Assembly (NCBI GenBank): GCA_023488865.1
Contig: JAMDDG010000033.1
Coordinates: 1 to 44,658 of the forward strand
Length of the DNA: 44,658 bases
Reading direction: 5' to 3'
Source: Bacteroidota bacterium
Lineage (GTDB): Bacteria; Bacteroidota; Bacteroidia; Bacteroidales; Prolixibacteraceae
The stretch's first letter is position 1; each line of letters starts with the position of its first letter. Positions 10,322 to 20,286 of this stretch are shown one piece after another. Below the pieces are notes generated by a model, which saw only the letters and a program-made list of their open reading frames with translations, was not told where the DNA came from and did no database searches. A program made the position numbers and the translations under genes.

Positions 10322-10553
10322 AAGAAAGAGGGGGACGACTGGGATGACTGGGATGACTGGGACGAATTGAGCGATGAGAAGATGGGAAAATGAGATGGTC
10401 CCTGAAGCATGGCCAGAGGAAGAACGTGGGGATGTGATGATGTATTGATTATGGGTTTTTTATCTCATATCTCATGTCTTATATCTCTTCTGATATTTTT
10501 GCTTTTATCTGTGAAATTTGTGTAATTCGTGTAATTCGTGGTTGTTTGTTATC
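10322..10553 (+). repeat. Mosaic intergenic repeat, copy 1 (modules: GATGACTGG x3; GAGAAGATGGGAAAATGAGATGGTCCCTGAAGC; GTGATGATGT..GATTAT; ATCTCAT-type heptamers; CGTGTAATT x2)
   Basis: It aligns module by module, in the same orientation, with 14812-15086. It starts 2 nt after the sdhB stop. Confidence 0.8.
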
Positions 10554-10667
10554 AACAGCAGATAGTTCATAACTCCCGGCTACTCTGCTGAAAGCGAAGG
10601 ATATTTTTTTTTTGATAATAACTATATTCGCATTGATTCATGGAGATTCTTCCATAATACCGAAAAA

Positions 10668-11393
10668 ATGCCTTATAGAAGATTACCAAACACTGACCAG
10701 GCAAGATTAAGGGCCATCAATACTGCAATTTTGATGGGGCAAAAGAAAACACCCGATGAACTTGCCTTCTCTGCAAATACCCTTGCCCGGCTTCGTGCTT
10801 TTTTCCCGGGTTTTGAAACCAACCTTATTCACCACAAACTGGCCAGGACCCAACAGGATAAAAATAGCCGCACCTACCTTGAGATTGCCAAAAAAGCCAG
10901 AATATACCTCTCTCATTTCATTCAGATACTTAATTTTTCTATTCAGCGAGGCGACATGAAAGCAGATGTACGGAACTATTATGGTATGGTGGGTGACAAA
11001 AAATCTCCATCCTTGGTTCTTGAATCAGAACTGCTGGAGTGGGGCAAGAAAATAATTGAAGGAGAGCACCAACGGGTGCTTCATGGCGGAAATCCGCTTT
11101 ACAATCCTTCCATCGCCGTGGTTAAAGTAAAATTTGATCAATTTGTCGATGCCTACTATTTTCAGAAAACCTTGCAAAGCAATACCGTCCGATGGACCCA
11201 AAAAGTGTCGGGAATGCGACCCGAGGCCGATGAAATTATTCTGGATATCTGGAACGAAGTCGAAGAGTTTTACTCAGCTTATCCTGAAGAAATTAAAAGG
11301 GAACGGGCGGCCGAATACGGGGTTGTTTATGTATACCGGCCTATGGAAAAACAAAGAAATGACGTGGGTGTGCACAGCAGGATGAGTTACTAA
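10668..11393 (+). CDS. Conserved hypothetical protein (function unknown)
   Basis: 241-aa ORF with an ATG start and non-repetitive composition. No motif recognised. Confidence 0.6.
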   Translation: MPYRRLPNTDQARLRAINTAILMGQKKTPDELAFSANTLARLRAFFPGFETNLIHHKLARTQQDKNSRTYLEIAKKARIYLSHFIQILNFSIQRGDMKADVRNYYGMVGDKKSPSLVLESELLEWGKKIIEGEHQRVLHGGNPLYNPSIAVVKVKFDQFVDAYYFQKTLQSNTVRWTQKVSGMRPEADEIILDIWNEVEEFYSAYPEEIKRERAAEYGVVYVYRPMEKQRNDVGVHSRMSY

Positions 11394-11653
11394 AACCCAA
11401 TAGCTGGACTCACTGCAACTTCAAGCTATTAGCTGTTAGCCATTGGCTATTAGCCTCCAATACAAGTTTCCGGTTGATTGCACTGCTTTTCACAATCGAA
11501 CCCTTCGAAAGACTCAGGAACCAAATCCAAAATTTTCAATTATTCTTTTCTGCGCAATATCCCCTATAACGTCTGGCTTTGGCGTTGTTGAATCTGACAG
11601 AAATGAAAAACGAAAAGAAATTTAATTAGTTTTATCCCCTCGAAAGATTAATA

Positions 11654-13606
11654 ATGGAGGGAAACGGGATGGATCTGAAAAGAATTGTAAAAGAGGAGCG
11701 GAATGCACCCCTGATGCTGGTTTGGAGATTGATGATGGTATTCCTGCTCTACTCTGTTCAACGATTGCTTTTTTTCCTTTTCAACATCAGCTACTTCCCT
11801 CAAATGCCCAAGGGCCATCTGGGTGAATTGATGATTTCCGGATTGAGGTTTGACCTTACAGCGGTTCTCTACGTCAATAGTTTGTATATCCTGATGATGC
11901 TTTTGCCGATCAGGTTGAAGTACAACGACCGTTACAAGAGATTCGCCAGGATGCTCTTCTTGGTGACCAATTCAATCGCACTGATCGCCAATTTTATTGA
12001 TGTGGTCTATTTCAGGTACGTCCTTCGGCGAATTGATTTCAGTATTTTTTCGGAATTTAAACATGAGTCGCAAATCTGGAAATTGGCGCTCATCGGTTTA
12101 GCCCAATATTGGTATTTGTTACTGATTTTTATCGGGATGCTACTGTTCCTCCGTCTGATTTACGGCGACCATAAAAAAAGCATCTTAGTTCGTTCAAATG
12201 CACTTTTTTATTTATTCTCAACTATTACCCTGATACTGTTTTCCGGCTTGTCCGTGGCCGGAATGAGGGGTGGGTTTACGGGCACGACCCGGCCTATCAC
12301 CATCAGTAATGCCATCGAAAAGGTAAAAAGGCCCATCGAATCAGCTATTGTACTGAACACTCCCTTCTCGATCATCCGTACCATCCATGCCAAAACGTTT
12401 GAAGTGATAAAGTTTTTTGACGAAAAAGAGGCTGAAAAAATCTATACCCCCATCCATGAAGGTTATCCTGTAGGAAGTTTTAAGCCGATGAATGTGGTTG
12501 TACTTATCCTGGAGAGTTTTACCAAAGAGGTGGTTGGCTCCCTGAACCGTGACCTGGAAGGAGGACATTACAAGGGATATACCCCATTTTTGGATTCATT
12601 GATCCACAAAAGCTATACCTGGAAATACTCTTTCGCCAACGGGGTAAAATCAATTGATGCCATCCCGTCGGTTATCGCCGGGGTACCTTCGCTGGTCCAG
12701 CCTTTTGTACTCTCACGCTATTCGTTGAATGATATGGAGGGGCTTGCAGCCACGCTGAAGAACAAAGGATATGATGCCGGATTCTTTCATGGTGCGCCCA
12801 ACGGTTCTATGGGGTTTGATGCCATTACGCACATGCTCTCCATCAAAAGATATTTTGGACAGAACGAATATGGGCGTAAAGAGGACTCGGATGGCTATTG
12901 GGGCATTCCGGATGAGCTGTTCCTAAACTATTGCGCCCATAATTTTGGCCAACTGAAAGAACCGTTCATCGCTTCGGTCTTTACACTCTCTTCCCACCAT
13001 CCTTATATTTTACCCAAGAAATATGAGAACAGGTTCAAAGGCGGGCCTAATCCGCTCTACAAGTGCATTGAATACAGCGACTATTCGTTGCGGGAGTTTT
13101 TCAAAGAAGCTTCCAAACAACCTTGGTACAAAAACACGCTGTTTGTTTTAACGGCCGATCATTCTCTTCCTTCGAGAGATCACAAAGAGTACATTACCTC
13201 AACCGGACTCTTTTCCATCCCAATCATTTTTTATCAGCCCAACAGCAATTTAATCGGCATCGACTCTACCCTGATGCAACAGATTGATATCTTTCCCACC
13301 GTGATGGGTTACCTGAAATACGATGCGCCCTATTTCGCTTTTGGCGACGACCGGTTTCAACCAAAAGGCAATCCGTTCGTGGTGAATTATGTCGATGGCT
13401 ATTATCAGTTTATGGAAGGTGATTATCTTCTTCAATCGGATGGAAAGAGGCTTTTGGCTGCCTATCTGTACAAAAAAGATCCGCAGTACCTGCATAACCT
13501 TGTCGAAAAGCAGGACACGGTGATGTTAAAACACTATCAACGGTTCAAGGCCTTTTTGCAACAATACAACAATAGAATGATCGGGAACCGGCTCACGACT
13601 AAATGA
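11654..13606 (+). CDS. LTA synthase / phosphoglycerol-transferase family membrane protein (sulfatase-type domain)
   Basis: 650 aa with about 5 N-terminal TM helices followed by an alkaline-phosphatase-superfamily domain (VVLILESF.., HGAPNGSMGFD, LSSHHPY, LTADH). Confidence 0.8.
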   Translation: MEGNGMDLKRIVKEERNAPLMLVWRLMMVFLLYSVQRLLFFLFNISYFPQMPKGHLGELMISGLRFDLTAVLYVNSLYILMMLLPIRLKYNDRYKRFARMLFLVTNSIALIANFIDVVYFRYVLRRIDFSIFSEFKHESQIWKLALIGLAQYWYLLLIFIGMLLFLRLIYGDHKKSILVRSNALFYLFSTITLILFSGLSVAGMRGGFTGTTRPITISNAIEKVKRPIESAIVLNTPFSIIRTIHAKTFEVIKFFDEKEAEKIYTPIHEGYPVGSFKPMNVVVLILESFTKEVVGSLNRDLEGGHYKGYTPFLDSLIHKSYTWKYSFANGVKSIDAIPSVIAGVPSLVQPFVLSRYSLNDMEGLAATLKNKGYDAGFFHGAPNGSMGFDAITHMLSIKRYFGQNEYGRKEDSDGYWGIPDELFLNYCAHNFGQLKEPFIASVFTLSSHHPYILPKKYENRFKGGPNPLYKCIEYSDYSLREFFKEASKQPWYKNTLFVLTADHSLPSRDHKEYITSTGLFSIPIIFYQPNSNLIGIDSTLMQQIDIFPTVMGYLKYDAPYFAFGDDRFQPKGNPFVVNYVDGYYQFMEGDYLLQSDGKRLLAAYLYKKDPQYLHNLVEKQDTVMLKHYQRFKAFLQQYNNRMIGNRLTTK

Positions 13607-13775
13607 CAGGAAGAGCGAAGCTGAGAAACGGGAAGGGGTGACTGGGAGAAAATGAGCGCTGAGAAAATCAGAAGTGAGAAGGGGCGACTTGGAGAGGGGG
13701 AGAGAGGGCGAGTGCAACTCCCGAATATTGCTCACCGGGCCAGCGGTCCCTGAGCTTGCCGAAGGGTCGAAGGAT
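13607..13775 (+). repeat. GA-rich intergenic repeat array plus a CCCTGAGCTTGCCGAAGGGTC word
   Basis: GAAGGGGTGACTGGG at 13632-13646 and GAAGGGGCGACTTGG at 13678-13692. The array starts 1 nt after the stop codon. It belongs to the same family as 3117-3240 and shares AAAATGAG..GGTCCCTGA with 10322-10553. Confidence 0.7.
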
Positions 13776-13858
13776 TAATTGGTGCACTTTGTGGTGAATG
13801 AAACTTTTGTATAATCCGGGAGTAGAAGAAAATAAATGAACAAAGTAACAATCAGCGT

Positions 13859-14809
13859 ATGAGATCGAAATTGAACCAATATGCCGTTCGCAATTTTGGA
13901 TGGGGGCTTATATTGCTGCTCCTTGTGACAGGATGCCAGCCAACGCCGAAAATTGAGAACCCACCGGTCTCCGGTTTCAACTTTTTTGTACTCTCCGATA
14001 TGGGTTCAGCGGGACCCTACCGGGAAGATTCTGTTGCAAAAACGGTGAACAAATTGTCCAAATCCTTACATCCGAAATTTGTCATCAACCAGGGCGATTT
14101 TTTTCACGATGCGGGAGTAAGGGACACCCTTGACTCCCTTTGGAATGCCCAGTTTGGAAAGATGTTTACTGCACCCGAATTGCAACTCAAGTGGTATTCC
14201 ATCCTCGGAAACCACGAATACATTGGTAACCCTCAGGCGCTGGTCGATTATGGAAAACACAACCCCAGATGGACAATGCCCGCCCGCAATTACACTTTTG
14301 TTCAGCAAGTTGACAGTGTTACATCAATCCGCTTTGTGATGATCGATACTTCCCCTTTTGTGCTCTTTTACCACAGGGACCCAAAATACCATGCTGTGAA
14401 CAGCCAGGATCCAGCTAAAACCGTAGCCTTTGTTGACAGTGTCTTAGCCAGGTCCCACGAGAAATGGAAGGTGGTGATCGGCCATCATCCGATTTATACT
14501 TCCGACTTTGTTCATGGCAACACCTATGGACTGGTCGATGAGGTGCTCCCGCTTTTAAGAAAATACCATGTTGATTTTTACTTCAGCGGGCATGTTCACA
14601 AATTTGAGCATATCCAGCGGGACGGTGTGGATTACATGATAACGACTACCGGCGCAAAACCCCGCGGGACCAACCCCTGGTTTTTTACCCGGTTCGTAGA
14701 AAAATCGTTGGGATTTACCGTCTGCCATGTTACCGCACACGACTTTTCATTCTATTTTGTGAACGAGAAAGGAAAGACGCTTTACTCCTACGGAAGGAAG
14801 AAGAAATGA
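13859..14809 (+). CDS. Secreted metallophosphoesterase (purple/tartrate-resistant acid phosphatase-like)
   Basis: Signal peptide and lipobox (VTGC), plus calcineurin-like motifs GDFFHD, GNHEY, GHHPIY and GHVHKFEH. Confidence 0.8.
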   Translation: MRSKLNQYAVRNFGWGLILLLLVTGCQPTPKIENPPVSGFNFFVLSDMGSAGPYREDSVAKTVNKLSKSLHPKFVINQGDFFHDAGVRDTLDSLWNAQFGKMFTAPELQLKWYSILGNHEYIGNPQALVDYGKHNPRWTMPARNYTFVQQVDSVTSIRFVMIDTSPFVLFYHRDPKYHAVNSQDPAKTVAFVDSVLARSHEKWKVVIGHHPIYTSDFVHGNTYGLVDEVLPLLRKYHVDFYFSGHVHKFEHIQRDGVDYMITTTGAKPRGTNPWFFTRFVEKSLGFTVCHVTAHDFSFYFVNEKGKTLYSYGRKKK

Positions 14810-14811
14810 CG

Positions 14812-15086
14812 GAGGGCTGGAAGGACGAGGGGACGACGGAGAGAAAAGAGTGGACGACTTGGACGAAGGGGACGACTGGGACGATTGGAATGAAGGGGAG
14901 AAGATGAGACGGTCCCTTAACGTAGCCAAAAAGGAGAATGTGGAAATTGGGAAATATGAAAATGTGGTGATGTGCTGATTATATGCTTTTTATCTTATAT
15001 CTCATATCTTATATCTCATAACTCATAACTCATCTCTCTTCTGAACTTTTGAGCTTAAATTCGTGTAATTTGTGTAATTCGTGGTT
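14812..15086 (+). repeat. Mosaic intergenic repeat, copy 2
   Basis: Same module order as 10322-10553: GGGGACGACTGGGA, GAGAAGATGAGACGGTCCCTTAACG, GTGGTGATGTGCTGATTAT, ATCTCAT/ATAACTC heptamers, TTCGTGTAATTTGTGTAATTCGTGGTT. It starts 3 nt after the stop codon. Confidence 0.8.
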
Positions 15087-15105
15087 TATTTTGCGCAATC
15101 GGTGG

Positions 15106-15939
15106 CTAATATTGTTGCCCGTTCATCCCGTTCGATCCGGTCCTGAAGCGATTGATCCCGTTGTTCCCATTGCCGTTAGGATTGTTGGGATCGTTGTCGT
15201 CCTGGTCAGAGTCCTGGCTTTTAGAGCCCCCGGTTTTAAGTGGTTTGGGCAAAGTCTTGGTTTTGATCAGCGGAATCCGGTAAGAGACCGTAATCGAAAA
15301 ATCGAACGGGACATCGGTGTTGGTAAACCCTAATCCGGGTACGACGTAGGGCGTAACATGCTGATCTTTGGTCGTGGCCAATGGAAATTTTGCTCGGACC
15401 GACCAACCGAAAAAGACGTTGGGCAACAGTTCCCCTTTCAATCCGAACACTAATTCGGCCCAATGAGCGTTCAGGTATTTTTGCGGAAAAGATGTTTTAA
15501 CCGTTTCCCAGTAATTGGAGTAATTGGCATCTAAGGTTTCCTGGGCAAACCGGCTAAAACCATACCGGAAACCTACAAATACCAGATCGTTGTCGGAAAG
15601 GGATTCAAATTTATTGATGTTCATATCCACCCCAATCCTGCCGTAAGCGCCTTTGTTGGTATAGTGAAAGGAATCCTTCACATCGTTGACACTTTGATAG
15701 CCAGCTTCTACAGTAGGGAAAAAATTTCCTTTGTAGGGATAATCTGCTTGAATCTCAAATCCATTTTGCACCGATTTTTGGATGAATGGCATCATAAACC
15801 GCGACACATCAATCCCGAAGCGGGGACCTTCGTACCTCCACTCCTCTTTCTTATTCTGCCCGAAACCCGCAAGCGGGTTAATTAGCAGTAAGATGAAGAT
15901 ATATCGCAATATTTTGTCCATTCGTGGCATGTCTTTCAA
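15106..15939 (-). CDS. Hypothetical outer-membrane (beta-barrel-like) protein with low-complexity D/N/G-rich C-terminal tail
   Basis: The ORF has a signal peptide (ILRYIFILLLINPLAGFGQ) and an aromatic-rich alternating pattern. The track start is TTG, and ATG at 15930 or 15921 is more likely. Confidence 0.55.
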   Translation of the reverse strand: MKDMPRMDKILRYIFILLLINPLAGFGQNKKEEWRYEGPRFGIDVSRFMMPFIQKSVQNGFEIQADYPYKGNFFPTVEAGYQSVNDVKDSFHYTNKGAYGRIGVDMNINKFESLSDNDLVFVGFRYGFSRFAQETLDANYSNYWETVKTSFPQKYLNAHWAELVFGLKGELLPNVFFGWSVRAKFPLATTKDQHVTPYVVPGLGFTNTDVPFDFSITVSYRIPLIKTKTLPKPLKTGGSKSQDSDQDDNDPNNPNGNGNNGINRFRTGSNGMNGQQY

Positions 15940-16369
15940 CAGATTTTGGATTTACATCCTGATCAAACACCTTTACCGAGTCAATCAGTTCACTGTGCCT
16001 GGTTGTAGTTAGCTTGTAGTAAGGGGCAAAACCACAGCTTTGGGAGATCAATTGAAGGTTCATCGTGTGTTTTACCCAGAAAACACAGCTTTTCCCGTTG
16101 ACCGTAACATCAAACCCTGTCGAATCTGCGGTTAAAGAGAGAGGCAATCCAACTTTTCTTACCAAAACCGAGTCGCTGGTATTGACCAAAGTATCTCCAA
16201 CGGCATTTCTTCCGTATCCCCTAACGGTGAAAGTGTCAATTTTATTGGAATTATTTCCGGTAAAAGTAGCGACCATTAACGTATCGGTCGACTCATAACA
16301 ACGTGACCCGCTGTTGCAGGAGATGAACAATATTATGGCAGGAATAATCCAGGTGTACCGGAAACGCAT
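15878..16369 (-). CDS. Hypothetical small lipoprotein
   Basis: 163 aa with lipobox ILFISC. Its 3' end overlaps the downstream ORF start by about 44-62 nt. Confidence 0.55.
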   Translation of the reverse strand: MRFRYTWIIPAIILFISCNSGSRCYESTDTLMVATFTGNNSNKIDTFTVRGYGRNAVGDTLVNTSDSVLVRKVGLPLSLTADSTGFDVTVNGKSCVFWVKHTMNLQLISQSCGFAPYYKLTTTRHSELIDSVKVFDQDVNPKSVERHATNGQNIAIYLHLTAN

Positions 16370-16470
16370 TCGTCAAAGAGGTTTATTGAGTATCTTCCGG
16401 CAAATATAATCAAATTGGGCGGATGGGATTTATACCCCAAAAATAATTGATAGTTTTGCCCTTCAAATAA

Positions 16471-17625
16471 ATGAAAATGAGAACGCTTACTTTTATGATA
16501 TTTTTCAGTATTGTCCTGATAATCTATTCCTCTGTCAATTATTATGTCTTCTCCAGGGGGTTGATGGTTTTTTCGTATAATCCCTCCCTGAAAAGGTGGT
16601 ATACCGTGATTTTCTGGACTGTCGTCTCCTCTTTTTTGATCGGGATGTTCTGGGAACGGGCTGCCTCCTCGATTGTCAGCGAATGGGTGTACCGGGTCGG
16701 CGCTTTTTGGCTGGCTTTTATGCTCTATTTTCTGATGGCCCTGGTGCTGATTGATCTGGTCAGGATTGCCAATTATTTTTTCCATTTTCTGCCTGTTTTT
16801 TCCCCTACCGGGAAGCTCCTATTGGGATATACCGTCATTGGGCTGGTGACGCTGATTGTGGCTGGAGGATACATCAATGCACTAAATACCAGGGTAAAAG
16901 AGATCCCGTTGACCATTCACAAAAAGGTGACAGGGGCTACAGAGCTGAAAATCCTGATGGCTTCAGATATCCATCTCGGGGCGCTGATAGGCGAGCGGCA
17001 GGAACTGAAACTGGTTCGCATTATCAACGAGCAAAAGCCGGATCTGGTGCTGCTTTGCGGTGACCTGGTCGACGGGGATATCGGCCCCGTACTTCGGAAA
17101 AAACTGGGGAGGCACATACAGGAGATCCGCACGCCTCTGGGGGTTTATGCTATTCCCGGCAACCACGAATACATCGGAGGGATACAGAATACCCTGCCTT
17201 ACCTGCAAAGCATCAACATCAAGGTGCTCCGTGACGAAGTGGTTACCCTGCCGGACGGGATCCAGCTGGTTGGGCGCGACGACCACGACAGCCGCCGGAT
17301 GGGAGGGCCGAACAACCCGCACGAACTGAAAGAACTGACCAAAAATCTGGATCATACTAAGCCCATCATCGTGATGAACCACCAGCCCTTTCACCTGGAA
17401 GAGGCCGTGGAGGTCGGGGCTGACCTGCATTTGTCCGGTCATACCCACGATGGACAAATGTGGCCGCTCAACTACCTTACCAACGCAATTTTCGAATTAA
17501 GCTGGGGATTGAAACATAAAGGCAATACCACCTTTTATGTCTCCTCCGGGTTTGGCTCCTGGGGGCCTCCGGTGCGGATAGGCAATACGCCGGAGGTGGT
17601 GGTATTTAAGATTAAGTTTGACTGA
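16471..17625 (+). CDS. Membrane-anchored metallophosphoesterase (YkuE-like)
   Basis: About 4 N-terminal TM helices followed by DIHLG, GDLVDG, GNHEY and GHTHDGQ motifs. Confidence 0.8.
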   Translation: MKMRTLTFMIFFSIVLIIYSSVNYYVFSRGLMVFSYNPSLKRWYTVIFWTVVSSFLIGMFWERAASSIVSEWVYRVGAFWLAFMLYFLMALVLIDLVRIANYFFHFLPVFSPTGKLLLGYTVIGLVTLIVAGGYINALNTRVKEIPLTIHKKVTGATELKILMASDIHLGALIGERQELKLVRIINEQKPDLVLLCGDLVDGDIGPVLRKKLGRHIQEIRTPLGVYAIPGNHEYIGGIQNTLPYLQSINIKVLRDEVVTLPDGIQLVGRDDHDSRRMGGPNNPHELKELTKNLDHTKPIIVMNHQPFHLEEAVEVGADLHLSGHTHDGQMWPLNYLTNAIFELSWGLKHKGNTTFYVSSGFGSWGPPVRIGNTPEVVVFKIKFD

Positions 17626-17680
17626 TGATATTGCCCGGCTTGACCTTTGAAGCAGGGAAATCTGCATTCAATTTTTTGCG

Positions 17681-17688
17681 TATCTTTG
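17681..17688 (+). promoter_or_regulatory. Candidate -7 promoter box (TAnnTTTG) for lepA
   Basis: TATCTTTG lies 48 nt upstream of the lepA ATG. Confidence 0.35.
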
Positions 17689-17735
17689 CAGCCACAAATA
17701 TTAAGTTGAAATACAGATTATCAAGTATATAAGGT

Positions 17736-19529
17736 ATGTCAGACAGGAACAACACCCGGAATTTTTGCATTATTGCCCATATTGACCATGGAAAAAGTAC
17801 GTTGGCCGACCGTCTGCTTGAGATGACCTCGACGATCAGCGCACGGGATATGGAGGCACAGGTGTTGGATGACATGGATTTAGAGAAGGAGCGGGGTATT
17901 ACCATCAAGAGTCACGCGATCCAGATGGAATATTTTCACGATGGGGAGAAATACCTGCTAAACCTGATCGATACCCCCGGGCATGTTGACTTTTCGTACG
18001 AAGTTTCGCGTTCAATCGCGGCTTGCGAAGGAGCTTTGCTGATTATCGACGCAACCCAGGGCATACAGGCCCAAACCATCTCCAACCTTTATCTGGCTAT
18101 TGAGCACGATTTGGAGATTATTCCGATCCTAAACAAGATGGACCTGCCCAATGCAATGCCTGAAATAGTTGAAGATCAAATTATTGAATTGATCGGATGC
18201 AAAAGGTCTACCATCATCCGGGCATCCGGGAAAACCGGTGACGGGGTTGCAGAGATTTTGGAACGTATTTTGACGGATATTCCGGCGCCGGAAGGAGATC
18301 CCGAAGCACCGCTGCAAGCGTTGATCTTCGACTCTGTTTTCAACCAGTTCCGCGGGGTGATTGCCTACTTCAAAGTGGCCAACGGCAGGGTACGCAAAGG
18401 GGATTTGGTGAAGTTTGTGGCTGCAGATAAGCAATATTATGTCGATGAGGTCGGCGTACTGAAGATGGGGCTCGGAATCCGGGATGAATTGAGTGCTGGT
18501 GATGTGGGGTACATTATTTGCGGCATCAAAACAGCGCGGGAGATCAAAGTGGGAGATACCATCACAGAAGTAAGAAATCCTGCACCGGCTATCTCTGGTT
18601 TTGAAGAGGTGAAACCAATGGTGTTCGCGGGGGTATACCCTATTGAAAGTGAGGATTATGAAGATTTGCGCAATGCAATGGAGAAACTTCAGCTGAATGA
18701 TGCTTCCCTGACGTATGTCCCTGAATCATCGCTGGCATTGGGCTTTGGTTTCCGTTGCGGCTTCCTTGGTTTGTTGCACATGGAGATCGTTCAGGAACGG
18801 CTCGACCGGGAGTTTGACATGAACGTGATTACGACGGTTCCCAACGTGTCGTACCTGATCACTACCAGGGCAGGAGAGACCTATGAAGTTTACAACCCTG
18901 CCGGGATGCCGGATTCTACGCTGATCGATGTGATTGAAGAGCCTTTTATCCAGGCCCAGATCATCACCCGGTCAGAATACATCGGCCCTATTATGACTTT
19001 GTGCCTGGATAAGCGCGGTATGATGAAAAAACAGGATTACCTGACGGCCGACCGGGCCGAACTCACTTTCGATATGCCGTTGGGCGAGATTGTCTTTGAT
19101 TTTTACGACAAACTAAAAAGTATCTCAAAGGGCTATGCCTCCTTTGATTACCACATAACGGGCTACCGTCCCGCAAAATTGGTTAAACTGGATATTCTGC
19201 TTAACAGCGAGCCGGTGGATGCCCTTTCGACCCTCTTGCATATTGACAATGCATACAATTTTGGCCGTCGGATGTGTGAAAAGCTGAAGGAGCTGATCCC
19301 GAGGCAACAATACGATGTGGCCATTCAGGGCGCCATCGGTGCCAAAATTATCTCCCGCGAAACAGTCAAGGCAGTCCGAAAAGATGTAACTGCCAAATGT
19401 TACGGCGGCGATATCACGCGAAAGCGGAAACTGCTTGAGAAGCAAAAGAAGGGTAAAAAGAGAATGAAGCAGATCGGCAACGTGGAAGTGCCGCAGAAGG
19501 CTTTCCTGGCGGTGCTGAAGCTGGATTAA
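17736..19529 (+). CDS. lepA: Translation elongation factor 4 (LepA)
   Basis: 597 aa with G-domain motifs [14 protein letters not shown] and NKMD, and the LepA C-terminal domain. Confidence 0.95.
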   Translation: MSDRNNTRNFCIIAHIDHGKSTLADRLLEMTSTISARDMEAQVLDDMDLEKERGITIKSHAIQMEYFHDGEKYLLNLIDTPGHVDFSYEVSRSIAACEGALLIIDATQGIQAQTISNLYLAIEHDLEIIPILNKMDLPNAMPEIVEDQIIELIGCKRSTIIRASGKTGDGVAEILERILTDIPAPEGDPEAPLQALIFDSVFNQFRGVIAYFKVANGRVRKGDLVKFVAADKQYYVDEVGVLKMGLGIRDELSAGDVGYIICGIKTAREIKVGDTITEVRNPAPAISGFEEVKPMVFAGVYPIESEDYEDLRNAMEKLQLNDASLTYVPESSLALGFGFRCGFLGLLHMEIVQERLDREFDMNVITTVPNVSYLITTRAGETYEVYNPAGMPDSTLIDVIEEPFIQAQIITRSEYIGPIMTLCLDKRGMMKKQDYLTADRAELTFDMPLGEIVFDFYDKLKSISKGYASFDYHITGYRPAKLVKLDILLNSEPVDALSTLLHIDNAYNFGRRMCEKLKELIPRQQYDVAIQGAIGAKIISRETVKAVRKDVTAKCYGGDITRKRKLLEKQKKGKKRMKQIGNVEVPQKAFLAVLKLD

Positions 19530-19530
19530 A

Positions 19531-19593
19531 AAGTTATGAGTTATAAGTTATGAGTTATATCCGGTATAACTCATAACTTATAACTCATAACTT
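19531..19593. terminator. Perfect 29-bp-stem hairpin between convergent lepA and response-regulator genes (bidirectional terminator candidate)
   Basis: AAGTTATGAGTTATAAGTTATGAGTTATA (19531-19559), loop TCCGG, then the exact reverse complement (19565-19593). It is flanked by A-runs and T-runs and built from ATAACT(C/T) heptamers. Confidence 0.7.
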
Positions 19594-19595
19594 TT

Positions 19596-20282
19596 TTATA
19601 TTATGAGTTTGTAGCCTTTCCCGTGGATATTGATGATCTCTATCCCCTCTTCGTCTTTCAGGTGTTTTCTCAGTTTGGTGATGTAAACATCCATGCTGCG
19701 GGCGTTGAAATAATTGTCGTCAACCCAGATGGTTTTCAGGGCATAATTGCGTTCCAGCACTTTGTTGGCATTCACGCACAACAGGCGTAGAAGTTCAGAC
19801 TCTTTGGTGGTGAGCTTGGTACTGTCGTTGGCATCCGAAAGAGTCTGCTTTCGGGCATCAAAAGTAAAACGTCCGAGTTTAAAAACAACCTGGGTATTAT
19901 CGGCTTCTCCCAAGGTCCTTCTTAAGATGGCTTCGATACGGAAGATCAGCTCTTCCATGCTGAAAGGCTTGGTCATGTAATCGTCAGCGCCAATGCGAAA
20001 ACCTTCAATTACATCCTCTTTCATATTTTTTGCTGTAAGAAAGATGATGGGTATTTCGCTGTTTAGCATCCGAACATCTTTGGCTAAGGTAAAACCATCC
20101 TTTTTGGGCATCATCACATCAAAAATGCACAAGTCGTACTGATTTTTCTGAAATCCCTTGAAAGCCGCCTCTCCATCCGGATAGAGGTCTGTATCATAGC
20201 CTTTTGCAATCAAATATTCTCTGAGCAATGATCCCAGGTTTTCATCGTCTTCGCTTAAGATAACTCTCATCCTTTTTTCCAT
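19596..20282 (-). CDS. OmpR/PhoB-type response regulator
   Basis: Receiver domain (DVMMPKKDG, conserved Asp) plus a winged-helix C-domain. Confidence 0.9.
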   Translation of the reverse strand: MEKRMRVILSEDDENLGSLLREYLIAKGYDTDLYPDGEAAFKGFQKNQYDLCIFDVMMPKKDGFTLAKDVRMLNSEIPIIFLTAKNMKEDVIEGFRIGADDYMTKPFSMEELIFRIEAILRRTLGEADNTQVVFKLGRFTFDARKQTLSDANDSTKLTTKESELLRLLCVNANKVLERNYALKTIWVDDNYFNARSMDVYITKLRKHLKDEEGIEIINIHGKGYKLII

Positions 20283-20286
20283 AATA

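Noticed and set aside
10129-10410. Track ORFs inside the intergenic repeats (10129-10410, 10196-10393, 14747-14929, 3058-3324, 3096-3401, 13526-13735) encoding DDWDDWDDW, SSQSSQSSQ and HSPLLP-type peptides.
   Set aside because: Their periodic low-complexity sequence simply mirrors the DNA repeat units, they occur on both strands of the same DNA, and they lack credible starts or signals. They are best explained as repeat artefacts.
10440-10553. CRISPR-like impression from regularly repeated short words (ATCTCAT, CGTGTAATT). The same impression arises at 14985-15086.
   Set aside because: The periods are only 7-9 bp with no unique spacers between units, no cas genes are in the window, and the same module order recurs at a second locus, unlike a CRISPR array.
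16333-16785. 150-aa minus-strand ORF spanning the 16370-16470 spacer and the start of the metallophosphoesterase gene.
   Set aside because: It overlaps the TM-rich N-terminus of the well-supported + strand gene, has a P/G/H/Q-rich composition, and lacks any recognisable motif.
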